The position numbers and the translations under genes are program-made. The notes beneath the pieces were generated by a model. The model did no database searches. It saw only the letters and a program-made list of their open reading frames with translations, and was not told the origin of the DNA. A stretch of 64,000 bases of DNA from an uncultured Bacteroidales bacterium. GTDB lineage: Bacteria; Bacteroidota; Bacteroidia; Bacteroidales; FEN-979. Of the stretch, positions 1-7,911 are shown piece after piece (the stretch's first letter is position 1; every line of letters begins with the position of its first letter). Location: positions 1,755 through 65,754 of the forward strand of contig CAIJYT010000281.1 of assembly GCA_903824935.1 (NCBI GenBank), given 5' to 3'.

Positions 1-57
1 GGCCACGATACCCTGTTATTTAGGGAGTGCAAAGGTAAAAAAAATATTGAAAACCCA

Positions 58-417
58 TCAGGTTTTATTCCATTCAGTCGTGTAACTCACCTGCTTCATC
101 TTCCCTCCTACCGGCGGGTTCAGTTTGGAAATAATGATGTGAATTTTCGTGACAGACGGGAACTGCTCACAAACAGAATTGATAATACGGCGGGCAACAT
201 GTTCAAGCAGGTAGGATTTCTGTTCCATTTCAGCTTTCACGGCATGATACAGGCCTGAATAATTCACGGTATCGTGCAGATGATCACTTTGTTCAGCCCG
301 GGAGGTGTCTGTTTCTACATTGAGATCGACAATGAATTTTGTGCCGATGAGCTGTTCTTCTTTGAAACAACCGTGATAAGCGAAGAACTCCATTCCGTCT
401 AAAGTGATCTTACCCAT
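58..417 (-). CDS. folB: dihydroneopterin aldolase
   Basis: 119-aa ORF. Size and N-terminal pattern (ITLDGMEFFAYHGCFKEEQLIGTKFIVDL) are typical of the FolB family. Confidence 0.8.
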   Translation of the reverse strand: MGKITLDGMEFFAYHGCFKEEQLIGTKFIVDLNVETDTSRAEQSDHLHDTVNYSGLYHAVKAEMEQKSYLLEHVARRIINSVCEQFPSVTKIHIIISKLNPPVGGKMKQVSYTTEWNKT

Positions 418-504
418 AGCTTTAAGAATATAAAATTAGCAATTCCCCGAGCCGGCTAAATTATCAAAATCCGTCCAATTCTCGCCTGTTTTACTGATTT
501 TTAG

Positions 505-512
505 TAGCTTTG
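505..512 (+). promoter_or_regulatory. possible Bacteroidota -7 promoter element (TAnnTTTG) upstream of glnS
   Basis: TAGCTTTG lies 44 bp upstream of the glnS ATG in the divergent folB/glnS gap. Motif match only, and the motif is short. Confidence 0.3.
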
Positions 513-555
513 CACCCTCGTTCGCAGAGGCGGATGAGATAATACTAATAAGACG

Positions 556-2253
556 ATGGAAGACAATATTACGAAAAATGATGTTCCGGGAAGATCGCTG
601 AATTTTATTGAAGAAATCATAGAGGAGGATATTCGTACAGGAAAGAATGAAAGCAGGGTGCACACCCGTTTTCCGCCGGAGCCTAACGGGTATCTTCATA
701 TCGGCCATGCAAAATCGATATGCCTCAATTTCGGTTTAGGTAAAAAGTATAACGGCAAGACCAACCTGAGATTTGACGATACCAACCCTGTTAAAGAAGA
801 TGTAGAGTATGTTGATTCCATTAAGGAAGATGTACGCTGGTTGGGTTTTGACTGGGAAGACAGGGAGTTTTACGCTTCCGATTATTTTGAGCAGCTGTAT
901 GAGTTCGCACTGATCCTGATCCGCAAAGGTAAGGCCTATATATGCGATATGAGCCCGGAGGAGATCAGCGACACCAGGGGCACTCCAACCCGTCCTGGAA
1001 AAGAAAGCCCGTTCAGGAACAGGTCGGTTGAGGAAAACCTTGATCTTTTCGCCCGTATGCGGGCCGGGGAATTTCCCGACGGTGCCAGGGTGTTGAGGGC
1101 AAAAATTGACATGACATCGCCCAATATGCATATGCGGGATCCCATCATTTACCGCATCATCCATACTTCTCACCACCGTACCGGCGACAAATGGTGCATC
1201 TACCCTATGTATGATTTCGCCCATGGCCAGTCCGATTCGATAGAAAAGATAACTCACTCAATTTGCACACTGGAATTTGAGGTCCACAGGCCATTCTATG
1301 ACTGGCTTATACAGGAAATCGGCATTTATGCCCCCCGCCAGATCGAATTTGCCCGTCTCAATCTGAGCTATACTGTGATGAGCAAAAGAAAACTTCTGGA
1401 ACTTGTTCAAAATAAGTATGTAAGCGGATGGGATGACCCCCGCATGCCGACCATATGCGGCCTGCGCAGGCGAGGCTATACTCCCGAATCCATCAGAAAC
1501 TTTGCCGATACCATTGGTGTCGCCAAGAGGGATAATGTGATAGATATCAACCTCCTGGAATTTTGCATCAGGGAAGACCTGAATAAAAAAGCGTTACGTG
1601 TCATGGGTGTTCTGAACCCTCTGAAAATTGTCCTTGACAATTATCCCGACGACCTTGTTGAGCAAATGGAAGCTGTGAATAACCCGGAAGACCCAGCAGC
1701 AGGAATCAGGCAAGTCCCCTTTTCAAAGGAATTATATATTGAACAGGAAGACTTCATGGAGAACCCCGAAAGTAAATTCTTCAGGCTTGCCCCCGGCAGG
1801 GAAGTCAGGCTGCGTTCTGCTTATATCATTAAATGTGAATCAGTTGTAAAAGATCCGGATAACGGTCGTATAACGGAAGTACATTGTACTTATGATCCTG
1901 AAACAAAAAGCGGGATGCCGCAGAGCAACAGGAAAGTCAAGGGGACCCTCCACTGGGTTTCGTTAAGGCATGCCGTCAAAGCTGAGATCAGGGTTTACGA
2001 CAGGCTTTTTATAGTTGAAAACCCCGATAATGCAGAAGAGGGAAAAACCTATAAGGATTACCTGAATCCCGATTCTTTGCAGGTAACGACAGGATATATT
2101 GAGCCGTCAGTGGCCCATGCAGAAGCCGGCAGGAAGTTCCAGTTTGAACGCCTTGGATACTTTAGTGTTGATTATGATTCGACGGCCGAAAACCTTGTTT
2201 TTAATTGTGTAGTTACCCTGAGAGACAGGCGACCAAAAGAAAATGCCAAATAA
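556..2253 (+). CDS. glnS: glutaminyl-tRNA synthetase
   Basis: 565 aa. Class I HIGH motif ([12 protein letters not shown]) and KMSKS-like VMSKRK. The [10 protein letters not shown]...NLRFDDTNP block is typical of GlnRS. Confidence 0.9.
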   Translation: MEDNITKNDVPGRSLNFIEEIIEEDIRTGKNESRVHTRFPPEPNGYLHIGHAKSICLNFGLGKKYNGKTNLRFDDTNPVKEDVEYVDSIKEDVRWLGFDWEDREFYASDYFEQLYEFALILIRKGKAYICDMSPEEISDTRGTPTRPGKESPFRNRSVEENLDLFARMRAGEFPDGARVLRAKIDMTSPNMHMRDPIIYRIIHTSHHRTGDKWCIYPMYDFAHGQSDSIEKITHSICTLEFEVHRPFYDWLIQEIGIYAPRQIEFARLNLSYTVMSKRKLLELVQNKYVSGWDDPRMPTICGLRRRGYTPESIRNFADTIGVAKRDNVIDINLLEFCIREDLNKKALRVMGVLNPLKIVLDNYPDDLVEQMEAVNNPEDPAAGIRQVPFSKELYIEQEDFMENPESKFFRLAPGREVRLRSAYIIKCESVVKDPDNGRITEVHCTYDPETKSGMPQSNRKVKGTLHWVSLRHAVKAEIRVYDRLFIVENPDNAEEGKTYKDYLNPDSLQVTTGYIEPSVAHAEAGRKFQFERLGYFSVDYDSTAENLVFNCVVTLRDRRPKENAK

Positions 2254-2295
2254 ATTTGAATTTTTGCCGTAAGAGTAGTAATTTTGCAGCCGCAT

Positions 2296-2368
2296 TGTCC
2301 GATGGTGTAATTGGCAACACGTCTGCCTCTGGAGCAGAAGAGTCTAGGTTCGATTCCTAGTCGGACAA
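2296..2368 (+). tRNA. tRNA-Gln (anticodon CTG)
   Basis: Hand-folded cloverleaf. Acceptor TGTCCGA/TCGGACA, D stem GTGT/ACAC, anticodon stem TCTGC/GCAGA with loop CTCTGGA (U33, CTG, purine 37). 5-nt variable loop, T arm CTAGG-TTCGATT-CCTAG, discriminator A. CCA is not encoded. Confidence 0.9.
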
Positions 2369-2372
2369 CAAA

Positions 2373-2418
2373 AGAGACCATAAAAATTGATTTCAATTTT
2401 TATGGTCTCTTTATTTTT
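2373..2418 (+). terminator. rho-independent terminator after glnS and tRNA-Gln
   Basis: 18-bp perfect inverted repeat AGAGACCATAAAAATTGA / TCAATTTTTATGGTCTCT followed by TTATTTTT. Confidence 0.75.
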
Positions 2419-2453
2419 AGATATTTGTAATCAGGTAAATAAGCCCTGAAACG

Positions 2454-3626
2454 ATGATCAGAAAATCACTTTTATCAGTAATTGCAGGTTTGATATCCTT
2501 TGCTACCATTGGTCAGAATTACCCAATAGGCCACCGGACAATGAACTTTACCGATTCCTCAAGAAGCAACCGCTCCGTGCCCGCCGAAGTGTATTATCCT
2601 GCCCTCTCAGCCGGGGACAATGTTCCTGTTGCCACAGGTGCCTTCCCGGTGATTTCGTTCGGTCATGGGTTCCTGATGGTCTACAGCGCATATGCCTATC
2701 TGAAGGACTCCCTTGTTCCCCGGGCCTATATTATAGTGATGGTAAAAACAGAAGGAGGCATCTCCCCCAGCCATTCGGAATTCGGTAAAGACCTGGCTTT
2801 TATAATAACCCGGATGAAAACCGAAGGGAACACTGCTGCTTCACCTTTTTATCAGCATATCGACAGCACTTCCGCGATCATGGGGCATTCAATGGGCGGA
2901 GGGGCTTCTTTCCTGGCCTGCCAGAACAATGCCCTGCCTACAGCCATGATTACCCTTGCTGCTGCGGAAACAAGCCCTTCAGCGATACAGGCCGCCACTC
3001 AGGTTACTATTCCTTCGCTGGTATTCTCGGCCGATAAGGATTGTGTGACTCCCCCTGCCCAGAACCAGGTGCCGATGTACGATTCCCTGGCATCCTCGTG
3101 CAAGGTCTTTATCAATATAAAAGGAGGAGGACATTGCTATTTTGCCGACTACAACTTCACCTGCTCCCTTGGGGAAACCGGCTGCCAGCAATATTTCACC
3201 ATAACCAGGGAGCAGCAGCATGCGGCAACTCTTGACTTTCTTTATCCCTTCCTTGATTATTATTTAAAAAAGAACTCATCAGCCTGGGCGGTTTTTAATG
3301 ATTCGCTTACAGCTTCACAAAGAATAACTTATATGGAAGACTGTAGCACCAGCAGTACTGGAGATCTGAAGTTTAATAAGGAATACCGTGTTTTCCCAAA
3401 TCCTGCCGATGAATTTGTTTGTATTAAAAGCCTTGGTTCTGTCCAGGCCCCGCTTTCGGTAAGACTGTTTGACGTAAACTGCCGGGAGCTTGCATTCCGT
3501 ATGATTAATTCAAGAGATAAAGAAAACCTGAGACTGGATATTTCGGGAATCAATCCCGGATTTTACCTGCTCGAGATCAACACGGGAAAGCAATTCATCC
3601 ACCTTCCCCTCCTTAAAGGATTGTAA
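2454..3626 (+). CDS. secreted alpha/beta-hydrolase (cutinase/dienelactone-hydrolase-like esterase) with T9SS C-terminal sorting domain
   Basis: Signal peptide. Nucleophile elbow MGHSMGGG, then SADKDCV and GGGHCYF in Ser-Asp-His order. The C-terminal ~80 aa (VFPNPADEF...FYLLEINTGKQF) resemble a Por/T9SS CTD. Confidence 0.7.
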   Translation: MIRKSLLSVIAGLISFATIGQNYPIGHRTMNFTDSSRSNRSVPAEVYYPALSAGDNVPVATGAFPVISFGHGFLMVYSAYAYLKDSLVPRAYIIVMVKTEGGISPSHSEFGKDLAFIITRMKTEGNTAASPFYQHIDSTSAIMGHSMGGGASFLACQNNALPTAMITLAAAETSPSAIQAATQVTIPSLVFSADKDCVTPPAQNQVPMYDSLASSCKVFINIKGGGHCYFADYNFTCSLGETGCQQYFTITREQQHAATLDFLYPFLDYYLKKNSSAWAVFNDSLTASQRITYMEDCSTSSTGDLKFNKEYRVFPNPADEFVCIKSLGSVQAPLSVRLFDVNCRELAFRMINSRDKENLRLDISGINPGFYLLEINTGKQFIHLPLLKGL

Positions 3627-3636
3627 ATCAGTAAAA

Positions 3637-4884
3637 TTATTTCCTTAATTTTTTGGACGACGGAACCTGCTCCAGCATTGTTGTTTCCTGGCGGTCAAAG
3701 TTTGAGGGGTTTAACGGGTTATACAGAAGGTTGATCATCTGGGAATAACCCTGGCTGTTTACGAAATCGATCAGCCTTACGTGCGCAAACACCAGGGAAT
3801 CCCTGCTGAACCATGGAAACATGTTGGTAAGAGCAGGCGCCACTTGTGGCAGCTGAAGGAAAGTTGCCGTATCAGGCCCGAACACAGTCCAGCTCACAAG
3901 GCCCTTGTAAGGACTGAGGAATTGCCAGGTGCCGGATGCGGCATCCAGGCTGCCGGATGATTTCACAGTCAGGCTGGTATTGGTTGAAGCAAAGGAGACA
4001 ATGCCGGCTGATATCTTTTTAAAGTCAGAAGGAATGTCGCCGTCGTTATGATAATACCAGGTCTGGTTTGAGGAATAAGTTTCCACCGCAGAAATATCTG
4101 AATGAAATACGGAGAATTTTGCCGGGGGATAATACGCATCAACGCTGTTAGCCGTTGTTCCGTTACCCAGCAAATCATCAAGCAAATAAGGAATGGGCGA
4201 ATTTACATTCCCGTCGGGAAAGCCCTGGATGCGGCATTCATAATACTCAACAGGAACAGGAAAGGTAATTGTTTTATGGTCGGGCACAAGGGTGTTGGAA
4301 AGATCAAAAGTATCGCTTGTGCTTACCTGTATCCCGCTGAACCATTTGTATTTCATTCCTGAGGACGTTGGGATCTCGAAATAAATATCATCGGTATTTT
4401 TATACAATTCGATAGGAAGGCCTAGAGTGAATGTCAGATTGGAATATCCTGAAGAAGATACCAGGATAGCATCACTATGGACCGGGACGTTCTTATACAC
4501 CGGGTTTACCTGTCCCGCCAGTGTTGCCCTGTAACCCTGGAGCTTCCACTCGGAAGGCTGAATGCATGTATACGTTTCAAGGGTGATTGCGAAACTATGC
4601 CAGTAAAGCTCCGATCTTACAATGGTGACTTCCATCAATGAGGGGGCAAAGGTTCCTGCCTGTCCGTAGAGCTTGTAAACACCGTCGGCCAGGCAAAACG
4701 TATCGGCAAGAACCTTTCCCTGCCTGTCCGAAACAAAGATCACTCCGCCCAGGGTCTGGTTAAAGTAAGCACCGGCAACATCTACAGTCATTAATAACGG
4801 CCTTGTTACAGGAGCCTCAGTCTTTTTTTTGCAGGAAGCAAAAAGAAGCAGGGAAAGGGCCAGGAATAAGAGGAGTTTTCTCAT
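3637..4884 (-). CDS. hypothetical lipoprotein
   Basis: 415 aa. Signal peptide plus lipobox (LLFASC). The start overlaps the upstream gene stop by 4 nt. No recognisable catalytic motif. Confidence 0.6.
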   Translation of the reverse strand: MRKLLLFLALSLLLFASCKKKTEAPVTRPLLMTVDVAGAYFNQTLGGVIFVSDRQGKVLADTFCLADGVYKLYGQAGTFAPSLMEVTIVRSELYWHSFAITLETYTCIQPSEWKLQGYRATLAGQVNPVYKNVPVHSDAILVSSSGYSNLTFTLGLPIELYKNTDDIYFEIPTSSGMKYKWFSGIQVSTSDTFDLSNTLVPDHKTITFPVPVEYYECRIQGFPDGNVNSPIPYLLDDLLGNGTTANSVDAYYPPAKFSVFHSDISAVETYSSNQTWYYHNDGDIPSDFKKISAGIVSFASTNTSLTVKSSGSLDAASGTWQFLSPYKGLVSWTVFGPDTATFLQLPQVAPALTNMFPWFSRDSLVFAHVRLIDFVNSQGYSQMINLLYNPLNPSNFDRQETTMLEQVPSSKKLRK

Positions 4885-5891
4885 TTTGGAAGGGTTTCAA
4901 TGTCGGCCTTGGGTTTCTTCCGGCTAAGGTCAAAGTCATGGGATACGCTGACAGCAAAAGAATATTTAGGGGTAAGCTGCTTCCCGTTGTAATACTTGTA
5001 AACGGGGATGTCGTAAAGAACCGAAACATTCCATTTACCGGCAATCGAATAACTAAGCTGGGGGGAAAGTATAAGCAGGTAATTTCCCGAATTGGGACGC
5101 ACACTGCTTCCGTTTTCATAAATACCGTTAAAATCATTGTCATGACTGCGCCATTCACCTCGGACTTGCACAATTGCAAAGAAATAAGGTATGATTTTTT
5201 TTGAGAAAAAGACCGAATTCAGTAAAACGCAACCATACTGGTACTTAAGCGCATCCGGGAAATTATATTCAAAACGGTTGAGCGTGAATAAACGGATTCC
5301 GACTGAAGGCCAGCCTTTGTTGAAGAACAGCATGCAATTAACAGCCCATGCGTTTGTTGAAGGCTGAACGTCACGGGAAAGCTGCACATAGTTAATTTCC
5401 TGGGGTTTCGTGGTAAACGGATAACGGAAACCGGCACCTGCCGTAAACTCTATCTGCCTGGAAGGCTTGATATAGATCCCGTATTTTAAATTTACTCCCC
5501 CGTCGGTAAAGCCATAACCGGTTTCCTTGATTTCAATGGTATCAGTACCGGCTATTTTAGGTTTAAATTCCTGGGTCTTATTGAAAAAATAACCGAAATC
5601 GACTTCTACGGTCAAACGCTTTGTAATCCCGTAACCAAATGCTATCCCTGAGAAGTTGTAATAAGAAAATTTAAGGGGAACATTTTCATCTGTTTTACTG
5701 TTGCCCTGGTAATATGTGTTGGAAAAAGAGTTCCTGTAATAGGCAACGAACCGGAGGCTGTTTTTCGCCAGCACACCTACGTAAACAGTTGCCCCTACCG
5801 GGCTTCCGGTTGAACAACATTGTGAATATGAAAATAGGGAGGAAAAGAGTAATACAGTGGAAAGAAGAGTAATTACCCTATTCATGAACAT
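4881..5891 (-). CDS. putative outer-membrane beta-barrel protein (family unknown)
   Basis: 336 aa. Signal peptide, a CC pair right after the predicted cleavage site (SYSQCCSTGSPVG), then alternating aromatic/hydrophobic strand-like segments throughout. Confidence 0.55.
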   Translation of the reverse strand: MFMNRVITLLSTVLLFSSLFSYSQCCSTGSPVGATVYVGVLAKNSLRFVAYYRNSFSNTYYQGNSKTDENVPLKFSYYNFSGIAFGYGITKRLTVEVDFGYFFNKTQEFKPKIAGTDTIEIKETGYGFTDGGVNLKYGIYIKPSRQIEFTAGAGFRYPFTTKPQEINYVQLSRDVQPSTNAWAVNCMLFFNKGWPSVGIRLFTLNRFEYNFPDALKYQYGCVLLNSVFFSKKIIPYFFAIVQVRGEWRSHDNDFNGIYENGSSVRPNSGNYLLILSPQLSYSIAGKWNVSVLYDIPVYKYYNGKQLTPKYSFAVSVSHDFDLSRKKPKADIETLPK

Positions 5892-6219
5892 GAATTATCT
5901 TTGTTTTACTGGCAGAATTCCCGTTTGCATCCTTGACTTCGCAGGTCACTGTGAAATTGTCGGCGTGACAAACAGTCCATTTTACAGCAGCTCCACTGCC
6001 TACAAAACTTCCATAGGAAGCAGTCCAATGGTAGCTCAGCCCGTCGCCGGAAGCAGTAGCTGAGAATGAGATCAGTCCATTGACGGCCATAGTAGAATCC
6101 GAAGCATTAAGATTTGAAAAAACAAGGGGCGTATTGGAGCCCGCACTGTCACTTTTCTTGGAACAGGACACCGCCATGATCAGAAATACGCTTAATATAA
6201 TAACTATATATCTCTTCAT
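5878..6219 (-). CDS. small PKD/Ig-like-domain lipoprotein
   Basis: The likely start is the internal Met (MKRYIVIILSVFLIMAVSC, lipobox) rather than the ORF-track start at 6288. The single beta-sandwich-like domain (ISFSATASGDGLSYHW...VTCEVKDANGNS) is PKD-like. Confidence 0.55.
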   Translation of the reverse strand: MKRYIVIILSVFLIMAVSCSKKSDSAGSNTPLVFSNLNASDSTMAVNGLISFSATASGDGLSYHWTASYGSFVGSGAAVKWTVCHADNFTVTCEVKDANGNSASKTKIIHVHE

Positions 6220-6305
6220 TTGACAGGGGTTTAAATGATTTAAACAGCTATTTGTCGGATTTTTAACGCTCAAAATTAATGAATTCATTTGACATATGAC
6301 GCATG

Positions 6306-7829
6306 TTATATGTTTCTTAATCCTTTCTTTATTCTTTCAAGGAAAATATCCCTGCCTAAAAGGACAGCAATATCCATCATACCCGGACCCTGGTTTGAGC
6401 CTACAACCAGCAGCCGTAAAGGATTCATCAGCTGGCCTGTTTTAATTTTACGGCTTGCAGTAAACTCCTGGATAATATTGTGAAGATGTTCATTATCAAA
6501 TTGTTGAATGTTTCCAACCAGGTTTGCAAATTCTTCTATAATGACAGGGGTGGCATCTGTCCAGATCTTCTGTTTCACATTCTGATCATAGGATTCGGGG
6601 GCCCTGAAAAAGAAAACCGTGTTCTTCCATAGGTCAGGCAGTAATTCTACTCTTTCCTTGACCAGGGAGATCGCCCTGAGAACAAATTCACGATCAGCGG
6701 ATATACCGTTAGCTTTCAGCACAGGATCAAGATATGTGAACAGCTCTTCATCGGTCTTTAGCTGAATATATTTATGATTGAACCATTTAGCCTTGGCCGG
6801 ATCGTACTTGGCACCGGATTTATTAATCCTGTCGATTGAAAAAGCCTCAATAAGTTCCTGCATTGAAAAGATCTCCTGTTCGGTTCCGGGGTTCCAGCCA
6901 AGCAATGCAATCATATTGATGAAAGCTTCAGGTAGATAGCCGTCTTCCTTATAACCATGTGAAACTTCATTTGCCAACGGATCTTTCCACTCCATAGGAA
7001 ATACAGGAAATCCAAGACGGTCGCCGTCCCTCTTGCTGAGTTTCCCGTTGCCGTCGGGCTTCAGGATAAGAGGCAGATGTGCAAATTGGGGCATGCTTCC
7101 TTCCCAGCCAAAGAACCTGTAAAGAAGAAGGTGCATAGGCGCCGACGGGAGCCACTCCTCCCCTCTTATAACATGGGTGATCTTCATCAGGTAATCATCA
7201 ACCACGTTGGCGAGGTGGTAGGTAGGCAGGCCATCTGATTTAAAGAGGACCTTGTCGTCAAGTGAGTCAGACAGAACATTAACTTCTCCACGGATCAGGT
7301 CTGTAAACAAGATGGTTTGATTTTCGGGTATCAGTATGCGGACGACATAGCGGTCTCCCCTGTCAATTCTGGACTTTACCTCATCCGTAGTCATGGAAAG
7401 ACTGTTTTTCATCAGCATCCTGGTCTTGATGCCGTATTGAAATTGTTCATGGCCGGTTGAGAACTTGTTCCTTGCTTCTTCCAGTTCAGATGCAGTGTCA
7501 AATGCGAGGTAGGCATGCCCTTTGTCGAGCAATATTTTAATATAATCCTTATAAATGGCAGATCTTTCCGACTGCTTGTAGGGGGCGCAGGGACCGCCCT
7601 TTGTAAGGTCCTCGTCAAACTCTAGCCCGCACCATTGCAGGGACTTGATAATATATTCCTCCGCCCCGGGAACGAAACGGTTCTGGTCGGTATCCTCAAT
7701 CCTTAAAATGAACTTGCCGTTGGTCTGCTTTGCGAAAAGATAATTGTATAAAGCTGTCCGCACTCCCCCAAGATGCAACGGCCCCGTAGGGCTTGGGGCA
7801 AAGCGGACACGTATGCCGATTGTTTCCAT
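6306..7829 (-). CDS. gltX: glutamyl-tRNA synthetase
   Basis: 507 aa. HIGH-type motif (PSPTGPLHLGG) and KMSKS-type KLSKRDG. The overall pattern is that of a bacterial GluRS. Confidence 0.9.
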   Translation of the reverse strand: METIGIRVRFAPSPTGPLHLGGVRTALYNYLFAKQTNGKFILRIEDTDQNRFVPGAEEYIIKSLQWCGLEFDEDLTKGGPCAPYKQSERSAIYKDYIKILLDKGHAYLAFDTASELEEARNKFSTGHEQFQYGIKTRMLMKNSLSMTTDEVKSRIDRGDRYVVRILIPENQTILFTDLIRGEVNVLSDSLDDKVLFKSDGLPTYHLANVVDDYLMKITHVIRGEEWLPSAPMHLLLYRFFGWEGSMPQFAHLPLILKPDGNGKLSKRDGDRLGFPVFPMEWKDPLANEVSHGYKEDGYLPEAFINMIALLGWNPGTEQEIFSMQELIEAFSIDRINKSGAKYDPAKAKWFNHKYIQLKTDEELFTYLDPVLKANGISADREFVLRAISLVKERVELLPDLWKNTVFFFRAPESYDQNVKQKIWTDATPVIIEEFANLVGNIQQFDNEHLHNIIQEFTASRKIKTGQLMNPLRLLVVGSNQGPGMMDIAVLLGRDIFLERIKKGLRNI

Positions 7830-7889
7830 ATGTTATTCTGAATTTGGGATGCAAAGGTAAGCTTATATCCCTTAAGCGCTGCAATTTCG

Positions 7890-7897
7890 TACTTTTG
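7890..7897 (+). promoter_or_regulatory. possible Bacteroidota -7 promoter element (TAnnTTTG)
   Basis: TACTTTTG lies 15 bp upstream of the ATG at 7912 in the divergent gltX/7912 gap. Motif match only. Confidence 0.3.
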
Positions 7898-7911
7898 CAT
7901 TTGTGAACTTT

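Noticed and set aside
736-1257. Long antisense ORFs inside well-supported genes. Examples: 736-1257 and 936-1148 in glnS, 12444-13244 in mnmG, 33129-33941 and 32634-33068 in the ABC ATPase, 8088-8441 and 9460-10798 in the DUF4175 gene, 41732-42211 in the S46 peptidase.
   Set aside because: They lie opposite ORFs with clear family motifs. They have biased, low-complexity or Ser/Arg/Pro-rich translations, no recognisable motifs and no independent start context. They are shadow ORFs.
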